41,792 nt of DNA, from assembly GCA_035469225.1 (NCBI GenBank), contig DATIRX010000218.1, forward strand, positions 1 to 41,792. Direction: 5' to 3'. Numbering within the stretch: position 1 is the stretch's first letter; each line of letters starts with the position of its first letter. The notes below the pieces were generated by a model. That model was not told the DNA's origin. It was given only the letters and a program-made list of their open reading frames with translations, and searched no databases. Made by a program: the position numbers and the translations under genes. Shown piece after piece: positions 27,497-36,297 of this stretch. This stretch comes from Bryobacteraceae bacterium (GTDB lineage: Bacteria; Acidobacteriota; Terriglobia; Bryobacterales; Bryobacteraceae).

Positions 27497-27689
27497 GAAC
27501 AGAAGACCGTTGGGAAGCGGAAAAATGCGCCTACCATCTATATTTTACGCGTGTCAGTACAGGCCCTGGCCTGAGTGTCGCCGGTATGTCGGAGACACGT
27601 TCGCCTCAACATCCCCAACCTCCCAAGGGGCTTCCTCCCTTCTGGACAACCACTTGCGACTTCGATCACCGCGGTATCCTCTCCTCCTG

Positions 27690-27730
27690 GCCTAATCTTT
27701 AGGCAGCTTTCTTGGGTTCGTTTTGTATTT
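27690..27730 (+). terminator. Attenuator-like hairpin GCCUAA-UCU-UUAGGC followed by a U-rich tract in the thiC leader
   Basis: 6-bp stem at 27690-27704, then AGCUUUCUUGGGUUCGUUUUGUAUUU. A second TTTAGGC copy at 27728-27734 could pair alternatively with 27690-27695. Confidence 0.3.
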
Positions 27731-27781
27731 AGGCTCTTCACCCGCCGCTCCCGGGCGGACCGCGATAGTTACATCTGGTAA

Positions 27782-29161
<1,380 letters not shown>

Positions 29162-29177
29162 TATCATCTTGCTAGCA

Positions 29178-30338
29178 ATGGTTTTAGAGCTGGGAGCCAC
29201 GCAAGCTCAGATCCAGCGGATTCTTCAAAGCAAAGCGTTTCGTACTTCGGAAGTCCACCGTAATCTTCTGAGTTACCTCGCCGAGAAATCGCTTTCCGGC
29301 ACCGCCGACAGCTTGAAAGAATATACCGTCGGGCTGGACGTGTTTTCAAAGCCGTCTTCCTACGATCCGCGCCAGGAATCCACCGTCCGCATGCACGTGG
29401 CGCGACTCCGCCAGAAGCTCAGCGAGTATTACCGCACCGAAGGCGTGGACGATCCGATCATGGTGGATCTGCCCAAGGGCGCGTTCAAGCTGACGTTTGA
29501 GCCTCGCGAGATCCGCGTGGAAGCCGTTCCTGAGCCCGCCGTCGTGCCCGCGCAGCGCTTCTGGAGGCCGAAGGAAATCGCACTGGCAGCCGCACTCCTG
29601 ATAGCCCTGGGCTTGGCCGTCTATTTCGGAACGCGCTTGTGGCAGGTGGAGCGGGCCGACATTCAAGCCAACATCAACTGGACTCCCGAATTGAAGCAGC
29701 TGTGGGAGCCTCTGGTGTCTTCCAATCGACCTTTGATTATTTGCCTGTCTTCGCCGGATCCGGGCATTGGAGAAATGGGAACGGCCACCGGAGGGGTCCT
29801 GCTGGGGCAGTTCCTGGGGATGCTCCAGAAACGCGACGTGCTGGTCACCAGTAGCGACCAGATCGCGGCCCCCGAAGTCGCCATGGGCAACGTGGTCTTC
29901 CTGGGACCGGTGGTGGGGAACCGCCAGATGCAGGCTATGTCGGCGGACTGGCCATTTATGCTGGAGCCCGATGGAATCCGAAACACGCATCCCGCACCGG
30001 GGGAGCCCGGGTTGTTCAAGGACAAACCCCCGAAGGATCCGCAGGATACGGAAGAGAGCTATGCTCTGGTGAGCCGTGTTCCCGGTCTGTATGGCAATGG
30101 CGAGGTCCTGTACTTGTCGGGGAGCCGGATTTCGAGCATCACCGGCGAAGTTCAAGCCTTCACCGACCCTATGTTCGCGAAAACATTGGTCGCGAAGATG
30201 AAGAAGGCGGATGGCAGCCTGCCTCGCTACTACCAGGTGGTTCTCAAAGTGAAATCGATGGACAACATGCCCATCGAGGTGGCTTACGCCGCGCACCGGG
30301 AACTTCCCCGGCCCTCCCAGTCAGCCCCTAAACAGTGA
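29178..30338 (+). CDS. ToxR/CadC-like membrane-anchored regulator: N-terminal OmpR-type winged helix, one TM helix, uncharacterised periplasmic domain
   Basis: Wing motif STVRMHVARLRQKLSEYY...IMVDLPKGAFKLTFEP and TM helix IALAAALLIALGLAVYFG. A TTG at 29169 is an alternative start. Confidence 0.65.
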   Translation: MVLELGATQAQIQRILQSKAFRTSEVHRNLLSYLAEKSLSGTADSLKEYTVGLDVFSKPSSYDPRQESTVRMHVARLRQKLSEYYRTEGVDDPIMVDLPKGAFKLTFEPREIRVEAVPEPAVVPAQRFWRPKEIALAAALLIALGLAVYFGTRLWQVERADIQANINWTPELKQLWEPLVSSNRPLIICLSSPDPGIGEMGTATGGVLLGQFLGMLQKRDVLVTSSDQIAAPEVAMGNVVFLGPVVGNRQMQAMSADWPFMLEPDGIRNTHPAPGEPGLFKDKPPKDPQDTEESYALVSRVPGLYGNGEVLYLSGSRISSITGEVQAFTDPMFAKTLVAKMKKADGSLPRYYQVVLKVKSMDNMPIEVAYAAHRELPRPSQSAPKQ

Positions 30339-30357
30339 TTCTGTAAGCAGTTACAGT

Positions 30358-30379
30358 GTCACTCACCGGTCACTGACCG
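30358..30379. promoter_or_regulatory. Operator-like motif GTCACTCACCGGTCACTGACCG, copy 1
   Basis: 18/22 identical to 31938-31959. Contains the palindrome CGGTCA-C-TGACCG and GTCACT direct repeats 11 nt apart. Ends 77 nt before the ATG at 30457. Confidence 0.4.
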
Positions 30380-30456
30380 CTCTTGACCCCTCCGCTAGTG
30401 TAACCGCCCCTCCATCGTGTTAGTCTCCTCATGGGACTAGGTGCAGCCTTCAAAAA

Positions 30457-30954
30457 ATGATGTCTCTTCTCGAAATCGCCAAGTGGCTCCAGGAAACTCC
30501 AGGCAGTATTTCCATCCGGGAGTCGATTCTGATGTTCCCGGTGCTGGAGGGTTCTCATCTTTTGGGGATCGCTGTCTCGGCCGGAACCATCGCCATCTCG
30601 GATCTCCGCATGATGGGGCTCATCTTCAAGAAGGAGTCGGCCTCCGACGTCTTTCATCAGCTCATCCCGTGGACGAGCGCGGGTTTCGCGATGATGATCA
30701 TCACCGGAATGCTGCTGCTGTGGTCCGAACCCGTCAAGCTCTACAACAGCATCTGGTTCCGCTATAAAGTGCTGTTCCTGATTCTGGCCGGGCTGAACGT
30801 GTTGATCTTCCACTCCTCCAGGGTCTATCGCACCATCCGTGAATGGGAATGGGACGCGAACCCTCCGCGGGCCGCGAAGATCGCCGGCTGGGTGTCGCTG
30901 ATCAGCTGGGGCATCGTGATTATCGCCGGCAGGACCACGGCGTACAACTTCTAA
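30457..30954 (+). CDS. 4-TM membrane protein, type 1 (uncharacterised; H-x8-G-x5-DLR motif)
   Basis: Four hydrophobic helices. Shares WLQxT..IRES.L.FP, the H...DLR motif and LLLW with 34874-35401. Confidence 0.75.
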   Translation: MMSLLEIAKWLQETPGSISIRESILMFPVLEGSHLLGIAVSAGTIAISDLRMMGLIFKKESASDVFHQLIPWTSAGFAMMIITGMLLLWSEPVKLYNSIWFRYKVLFLILAGLNVLIFHSSRVYRTIREWEWDANPPRAAKIAGWVSLISWGIVIIAGRTTAYNF

Positions 30955-30960
30955 AAACCC

Positions 30961-31443
30961 ATGTGGCAATCCTTCAAACCGTTCTTTGAGTGGAGTGACA
31001 AGATTTGGCTGGGCCAGGCGATCTCGTCCACCGTGTGGGCCTTTCCGGTGATCGAAACGATCCATATTCTGGCCCTGACGATTATGTTCGGCGCCATCGT
31101 GATCATCGATTTGCGGATGATGGGCGTCGGCTTGAAGAAGCAATCGGTGGCGTTGCTGTCCAGGAGCCTGGACCCTTACATGACCACCGGGCTGGTAATC
31201 ATGCTGGCCACCGGGTTCATGCTGTTCACCTCGGAAGCCATGAAGTGCTTCGTCAACGATGGGTTCAAGTTCAAGATGGCGGTGCTGTTTCCTGCCGTCA
31301 TTTTCCAGTTCACCCTATTCCGCTGGGTGACGCACAAGACCGAAGACAAGCGCCCGATGCTGCTGGGCTGGGTCGTCGCGCTGCTATCGCTCACGCTATG
31401 GTTCGGCGTCGGCGTCGGCGGCCGGGCCATCGGATTTGTATAA
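30961..31443 (+). CDS. 4-TM membrane protein, type 2 (uncharacterised; H-x8-G-x5-DLR motif)
   Basis: Lies 6 nt after the previous gene. Shares WAFPV.E..HI...DLR..G.G.KK and a C-terminal GFV/AFV with 34408-34860. Confidence 0.75.
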   Translation: MWQSFKPFFEWSDKIWLGQAISSTVWAFPVIETIHILALTIMFGAIVIIDLRMMGVGLKKQSVALLSRSLDPYMTTGLVIMLATGFMLFTSEAMKCFVNDGFKFKMAVLFPAVIFQFTLFRWVTHKTEDKRPMLLGWVVALLSLTLWFGVGVGGRAIGFV

Positions 31444-31479
31444 TCGCAGTCGAGGGTTAAGCGGGGAGGACCGCGCGAA

Positions 31480-31908
31480 GTGTACCGAGGGATGAACGCC
31501 AGGTCGGCCGGCAGCACGGTCATACTCACGCTGGCCCTGTGCTCGGCGCCTTTGCTTGCCCATCACGCCTTTTCAGCGGTGTTCGATCTAGCCAAACAGA
31601 GAGACTTCAAGGGAACCATTTCCAGAGTCGAGTGGTTGAACCCGCACGCGCGTTTCCTCCTGGATGTCCCGCAATCAGGCGGAAAGACCATAAGCTGGGA
31701 GTTCGAGCTGGGCAGTCCCAACGCCCTCATGCAGCATGGCTGGAACAGGTACACGCTGAAGAAAGGTGACGTGGTTACGGTGACGGCTGTTCTGGCCCGG
31801 GACGGATCGAACTATGCGCATGCGCGCGCAGTCACGCTGGCGGGCGGCAGCCGGATTTGCGACTACGACCGGTTCAATGGCCCCGAGTGGTCGTGCCCCG
31901 AGAAGTAA
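31480..31908 (+). CDS. Small exported protein (DUF6152-like), predicted mature N-terminus His-His
   Basis: The GTG at 31480 is preceded by GGGGAGGA; the ATG at 31492 is an alternative start. The signal peptide ends CSAPLLA, followed by HHAFSAVFD...VEWLNPHARFLLDV. Confidence 0.7.
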   Translation: MYRGMNARSAGSTVILTLALCSAPLLAHHAFSAVFDLAKQRDFKGTISRVEWLNPHARFLLDVPQSGGKTISWEFELGSPNALMQHGWNRYTLKKGDVVTVTAVLARDGSNYAHARAVTLAGGSRICDYDRFNGPEWSCPEK

Positions 31909-31936
31909 CCGCAGCGCAACCTACTGAAACCACGAT

Positions 31937-31969
31937 AGTCACGACCCGGTCATTGACCGGCATGTGACT
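31937..31969. promoter_or_regulatory. Nested 33-nt palindrome AGTCAC-N3-CCGGTCA-T-TGACCGG-N3-GTGACT, operator-like motif copy 2
   Basis: 13 of 16 arm positions are complementary, and the inner 7-bp arms are perfect. The motif lies upstream of the TonB receptor ATG at 32014 (44 nt after the palindrome end, 54 nt after the conserved block). Confidence 0.4.
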
Positions 31970-32013
31970 TGTCTCCGGCGAGGATCAGGCCGCTCTCATG
32001 TTAGGCTCCCCGC

Positions 32014-34320
32014 ATGTCTATCTTCCAGGGGTACTTGTGTCTGGTTTTCTCTGCAGGGATCGGTCTGGCCCAGCAGCTTTCCATTTCCGGGACGGTTCGC
32101 GACGCCAGCGGCGTGGTGCCGGACGCATCCGTGACGCTTCGCGCCGGAGGGAATGCCCTTCGGACGACCACCACCGACGGCATGGGCCACTACGCCTTCG
32201 AGGGGTTGCGGGCAAGCTACTACGAGCTTTCGTTCGCGAAGTCCGGATTCGACCCGGTCACGCGAAATCTGGACCTCGGCGTCAATTCGGGCACTGTGGA
32301 TGTGACGCTGGCGGTAGGAGCAGTATCGTCCACCGTCACGGTAACGGACGTGGCCGGAAAAGCGACGGCTTCGCGTCTGGATATTCCGGATGAAGACTTG
32401 CCTGTGCAGGTCAGCTCCATTCCAAAGGAGCTCCTCCAGGAACAGGGCGTCAATGACATGGTCACGGCGTTGCGGAACGCCTCGGGGGTCCAGGCGCAGC
32501 GCTTCTATGGCGTCTACGAGCAGTACACCATCCGTGGCTTCAATGCGGGCGACGTGATGCTGGTGGACGGAATGCGGACGGAGGCCATCTTGAACCGCTA
32601 CAACACGCAACTGAACAATGTGGAGAGCGTGGAAATCCTGAAGGGGCCGAGTTCCGTGCTCTACGGCGGCGAGGCCGTGGTTGGCGCGATTAACGTGATC
32701 CGCAAGAAACCGCAGGGGCAGCGCGCGTACGACCTGTTGTACAAGGGCGGCCGGTTCAACACGCACCAGGCGGGCGGCGGCGCCACCGGACCTCTCTTTG
32801 GCAGTAACTCCTGGCTCTACCGGGCGGACGTGAGCCAGGACTATTCGGACGGCTGGCGGGGCGCGGGGGCGAACCGCTTCAACGCATCGCCGTCCCTAAC
32901 CTGGCTGATGAGCGAGCGATCGCGCGTCACGGTTCACCAGTCGTTCATCCGGGACAACTACAAAGGCGACGGCGGCGTGCCGGTCCGTTGGACCACGGCG
33001 CCGGGTTTCGATCCCAGTCGCCGGTTCAGCACACCGCAGGATTTCGCTCTGATCGAAGACTCGCAGACGCACGTCCTGTTCAATTTCAGCCTGTCCCCCT
33101 CATGGGAATTCCGCGACGGCTTCCTGATGCGGCGTACCAGCGAGGAATACTTCATCACGGAAGGTTCCCTGGGCTTCGATCCGGTAGCCAATGTGATCAC
33201 CCGCGAGGGCCTTCAATTCCACCATACCCGCCGGCCCAAGGTGAACCAGGCCGAACTCGTAGGACGCTTCAACTTCCTGAACATGCATCACACGGTGCTC
33301 ATGGGTTACGACTACCGCGACTTCTACACCAAGACCGGCACCACGGATGGCGGCGGTTTCTTCGAATTCACGCCCATCAGCCTGGCCGATTTCAAGGAAA
33401 CTCAGCCGCCCGTCGATCCGTTCAACATCGTGCGCTACACCTACTCTGCCAACCGGACGAACGCATTCTTTTGGCAGGATCAGATCGACCTCGGGCGCAA
33501 GATCAAGATCAACATCGGGGGCCGCTTCGACGATTTTGATCGCCACACCCATCGCATTTTCCTGACAGCTCCCAGCACGCTTACCAGGGTCCAGGCTGTG
33601 CATCAGAGTGCCTACACGTATCGGGCCGGCATCGTCTACGAACCTGTGACAGGCCATCAAGTATACGCGAACACGTCCAGTTCATTTACTCCGGTGCAGG
33701 ATTTTCTAACCGGCCTCGAGCTGAAGCCGCGCTATGGCCGCGGCTACGAAGCGGGCTATCGATGGCAGGGCTGGCAGGGCCGCATCCAGACCAGCATCGC
33801 GGCGTATCACATTGAACAGAACAATCTCAGCTTCACTACGTCTCCCGGAACGGTGGTTCAGGCCGGCAAGCAGACCTCCAAGGGAATCGACCTGGACATC
33901 AACGCGGATCTCAGCCATGGCACCCGGCTGGTCCTCAACTACGGGTACACCGTTCCGAAGTTCAACCAGTTCCTAGATCCCGATGACGGAGATTTGGCCG
34001 GGAACCTGCCCCGTTTTACGCAGAGGCAGGCGCTGAACGTGTGGCTACACAAGGCCTGGACTTCGGGATTCACCGCAGGCGTTGGCACGCGATACCTGGG
34101 CCCGATGTTCACCAACAATACCAACACTATCCTGTTGGGCGGCTGGACGACGTTCACCGGATCGGCCGGATACCGCAGGGAATCCTGGGAGTGGAACGTG
34201 CATGCGGAGAACCTGCTGAACCGGGAGCGCTACTTCCTCGGTTCGGATTACAGCAACCAGGTGTACCCGGGTGCTCCGATCAACGTTTTCGCCTCCGTGC
34301 GGTTTAGATTTAACCCTTAG
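32014..34320 (+). CDS. TonB-dependent receptor with N-terminal carboxypeptidase-regulatory-like domain
   Basis: Signal peptide, CarboxypepD_reg-like segment ISGTVRDASGVVPDASVTL...GHYAFEGL, plug motifs TIRGF and VESVEILKGPSSVLYGGEAVVGAINV, and a long beta-barrel. Confidence 0.88.
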   Translation: MSIFQGYLCLVFSAGIGLAQQLSISGTVRDASGVVPDASVTLRAGGNALRTTTTDGMGHYAFEGLRASYYELSFAKSGFDPVTRNLDLGVNSGTVDVTLAVGAVSSTVTVTDVAGKATASRLDIPDEDLPVQVSSIPKELLQEQGVNDMVTALRNASGVQAQRFYGVYEQYTIRGFNAGDVMLVDGMRTEAILNRYNTQLNNVESVEILKGPSSVLYGGEAVVGAINVIRKKPQGQRAYDLLYKGGRFNTHQAGGGATGPLFGSNSWLYRADVSQDYSDGWRGAGANRFNASPSLTWLMSERSRVTVHQSFIRDNYKGDGGVPVRWTTAPGFDPSRRFSTPQDFALIEDSQTHVLFNFSLSPSWEFRDGFLMRRTSEEYFITEGSLGFDPVANVITREGLQFHHTRRPKVNQAELVGRFNFLNMHHTVLMGYDYRDFYTKTGTTDGGGFFEFTPISLADFKETQPPVDPFNIVRYTYSANRTNAFFWQDQIDLGRKIKINIGGRFDDFDRHTHRIFLTAPSTLTRVQAVHQSAYTYRAGIVYEPVTGHQVYANTSSSFTPVQDFLTGLELKPRYGRGYEAGYRWQGWQGRIQTSIAAYHIEQNNLSFTTSPGTVVQAGKQTSKGIDLDINADLSHGTRLVLNYGYTVPKFNQFLDPDDGDLAGNLPRFTQRQALNVWLHKAWTSGFTAGVGTRYLGPMFTNNTNTILLGGWTTFTGSAGYRRESWEWNVHAENLLNRERYFLGSDYSNQVYPGAPINVFASVRFRFNP

Positions 34321-34322
34321 CC

Positions 34323-34338
34323 GTCCGCGGATGCGGAC
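34323..34338 (+). terminator. Hairpin GUCCGC-GGAU-GCGGAC 2 nt after the receptor stop codon
   Basis: Perfect 6-bp stem followed by AAAAC with no U-tract. It may only attenuate readthrough into 34408. Confidence 0.3.
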
Positions 34339-34407
34339 AAAACTCCGCCCGCACGTCACGTTTGTTATGATCGGTTCCGGTTTGTTGTCCGAAAGGTTGA
34401 ATCATTC

Positions 34408-34860
34408 ATGGCATTCTTTTTGGCTTACGATGTAGCAAACAATCCGCTGAATACAAATGAATGGGCGTTCCCGGTGTGTGAAGTGCTGCATATCATCGGG
34501 TTCGCCATTGCGATCGGAACCATCACCATGGTGGATCTGCGGCTTCTGGGGATCGGGATGAAGAAGGAAACGCCCGCGGACCTGGTAAGAGACACGGCTC
34601 CATGGACGCTGGGCGGCCTGGCACTGGTGCTGATCTCGGGTCCGCTGATTTTCTCCTCCGATCCAAATCTGTATCTGCACAACCTGTCGTTCCGGTTCAA
34701 GATTACAGCACTGGTTTTGGCGATCATCTTTAATTACACGATTCACCGCTGGGTAGCGCTGAAACACACCTCGGGCGGCGTGGCAGCTCTCACGGGCTTA
34801 GTCTCACTCCTCTTGTGGGTCAGCGTGGTGTTCGGCGGAATCTTCATAGCGTTCGTCTAA
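34408..34860 (+). CDS. 4-TM membrane protein, type 2 paralogue
   Basis: See 30961-31443. Motifs are WAFPVCEVLHIIGFAIAIGTITMVDLRLLGIGMKK and a C-terminal AFV. Confidence 0.75.
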   Translation: MAFFLAYDVANNPLNTNEWAFPVCEVLHIIGFAIAIGTITMVDLRLLGIGMKKETPADLVRDTAPWTLGGLALVLISGPLIFSSDPNLYLHNLSFRFKITALVLAIIFNYTIHRWVALKHTSGGVAALTGLVSLLLWVSVVFGGIFIAFV

Positions 34861-34873
34861 AGGGAGAAATCCG

Positions 34874-35401
34874 ATGCCTCCAGAATTCATCTTATGGCTT
34901 CAAAATACGTCGATCGCTACGGCCATTCGCGAGTCGGCACTGGTGTTTCCGATCATCCTGTCCCTGCATTTAACAGGGATGGGGCTGTTTGGCGGAATGA
35001 TCCTGATGACCGATCTGCGCATCCTGGGACTGGCGATGACCAAGCGCCCGGTTTCAGAAGTAGTGAACGGCCTGCGGCCGTGGAAGCACCTGGGGCTTAC
35101 CCTGACGGCCACCTGCGGAATCCTGCTGTTGTGGTGCAAGGTGGCGATCTATTACCCCAATCCATTTCTTCGGATCAAGCTGGCGCTGTTCGTGCTGATC
35201 CTGATTCACGCGCTGGTATTCCGGAGCGTTTATCGCAACATTACGGATTTGGATGGCAGTCCGGTGATTCCCGGGCGGGCGAAGGCGGCTGCGGTGCTCT
35301 CGATGGTCCTGTGGATCGGTGTAGTAACCTCGGGCCGTTGGATCGGCTATTGGGAGCCCAAGGGCGAGCCGGCGAACGCGGCCCGGGTGGTCAACCAGTA
35401 G
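34874..35401 (+). CDS. 4-TM membrane protein, type 1 paralogue
   Basis: See 30457-30954. Motif is WLQNTSIATAIRESALVFPIILSLHLTGMGLFGGMILMTDLR. An AGGGAG Shine-Dalgarno sequence lies upstream. Confidence 0.75.
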   Translation: MPPEFILWLQNTSIATAIRESALVFPIILSLHLTGMGLFGGMILMTDLRILGLAMTKRPVSEVVNGLRPWKHLGLTLTATCGILLLWCKVAIYYPNPFLRIKLALFVLILIHALVFRSVYRNITDLDGSPVIPGRAKAAAVLSMVLWIGVVTSGRWIGYWEPKGEPANAARVVNQ

Positions 35402-35409
35402 CGGCGGGT

Positions 35410-36240
35410 TCAACTCGTTACAAGCTCTTCGGGGTCTTCCTCGACGCGCGGCTGCACGTTGCGGCGGACCAGGATCGCCAACACCACGGTTGTGGCCAGC
35501 GTAATGGCGCCGCCGGTGATGTGCGAGGCGACCGTTATCACCACAGGCAGGGCGGTCTCCTCCGCCATGGATCTCATGATGAGCGCGGTCATGCCCAGGA
35601 ATACCTGGCCGAAAGCCACGCCTAACAGGGCCTTAGCAGCAGCCTGGAGGGCGCGGTGGGATTTGAATTGCTGCAGCACGAAGATGCATTGCATCAGAAT
35701 CACCAAAGCCACAAACATCGCGCCTAATACGTGCGGCATTAAAGTCATGGCCTTCTGCCGGAAGGCCGCCCCGAGCGCGATCTGCATCAGCACCAGTACC
35801 GGACTGACGATGGCCAGCGACCGGTTGGACGGCCAGCCATAGTCGTGGACCAACTCGGGGCCGCGGGACCAGGCCGGCGATGTGACGGTAGCGATGGCTA
35901 CTAAAGCGGCGAAGAAAAGCTGCGCCAGGCAGGCGTGCGCGATTCGCGCTGTTTGCGGGAGCATCGCTTGCACGGCCGACATGCCCGCGACTCCCTCCAG
36001 CGCCGCGATCGTCAAGGTAAGAAACCCCAGGAGGCGCGCCTCCCGGCGAGGATCGGACACCACCAGCCAGATCGTCAGGCCGAGGGTCAACAGGCCCATC
36101 GCGATCGCCGCGGCGCGGTGTGCGGACATCGCCGAGGGATCCACTGCCGTCCCCGAGCCGGCGATGGCTCCGTCGATAATCAGCAGGAGTGCGCCGACGG
36201 CCAGCAGGATGGCAAAGCGGTGCAGCCAGACTTTCTTCAT
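35410..36240 (-). CDS. COX15/CtaA-like (haem A synthase family) membrane protein
   Basis: The internal ATG at 36240 gives MKKVWLHRFAILLAV. There are about 7-8 TM helices with His residues in or near TM segments (HRF, HRAAA, AHACL, PHVLG, ASHITGG). The family call rests on overall pattern only. Confidence 0.6.
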   Translation of the reverse strand: MKKVWLHRFAILLAVGALLLIIDGAIAGSGTAVDPSAMSAHRAAAIAMGLLTLGLTIWLVVSDPRREARLLGFLTLTIAALEGVAGMSAVQAMLPQTARIAHACLAQLFFAALVAIATVTSPAWSRGPELVHDYGWPSNRSLAIVSPVLVLMQIALGAAFRQKAMTLMPHVLGAMFVALVILMQCIFVLQQFKSHRALQAAAKALLGVAFGQVFLGMTALIMRSMAEETALPVVITVASHITGGAITLATTVVLAILVRRNVQPRVEEDPEELVTS

Positions 36241-36252
36241 GGAGCTATCTCC

Positions 36253-36280
36253 ATCATAGGACGGATGATTGACAGGTCTA
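36253..36280 (-). promoter_or_regulatory. Possible promoter TAGACC-16-TATGAT for the CtaA-like gene
   Basis: On the minus strand, TATGAT corresponds to plus-strand 36253-36258 and TAGACC to 36275-36280. It lies back-to-back with the plus-strand promoter. Confidence 0.3.
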
Positions 36281-36297
36281 GGCGCATCTAGTAACAT
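36269..36297 (+). promoter_or_regulatory. Sigma70-like promoter TTGACA-17-TAACAT for the large TonB receptor gene
   Basis: Perfect -35 at 36269-36274, a 17-nt spacer, and a -10 at 36292-36297. A GAAGGGG Shine-Dalgarno sequence precedes the ATG at 36335. Confidence 0.5.

Noticed and set aside
27600-27665. SRP-RNA-like string on the minus strand (GUCCAGAAGGGAGGAAGCCCC, compared with GUCCGGAAGGAAGCAGCC of 4.5S RNA)
   Set aside because: The loop is AGAA rather than a GNRA tetraloop. The flanking sequence does not fold into the long SRP hairpin and the conserved symmetric-loop residues are absent. I judge the resemblance to be chance similarity in a purine-rich stretch.
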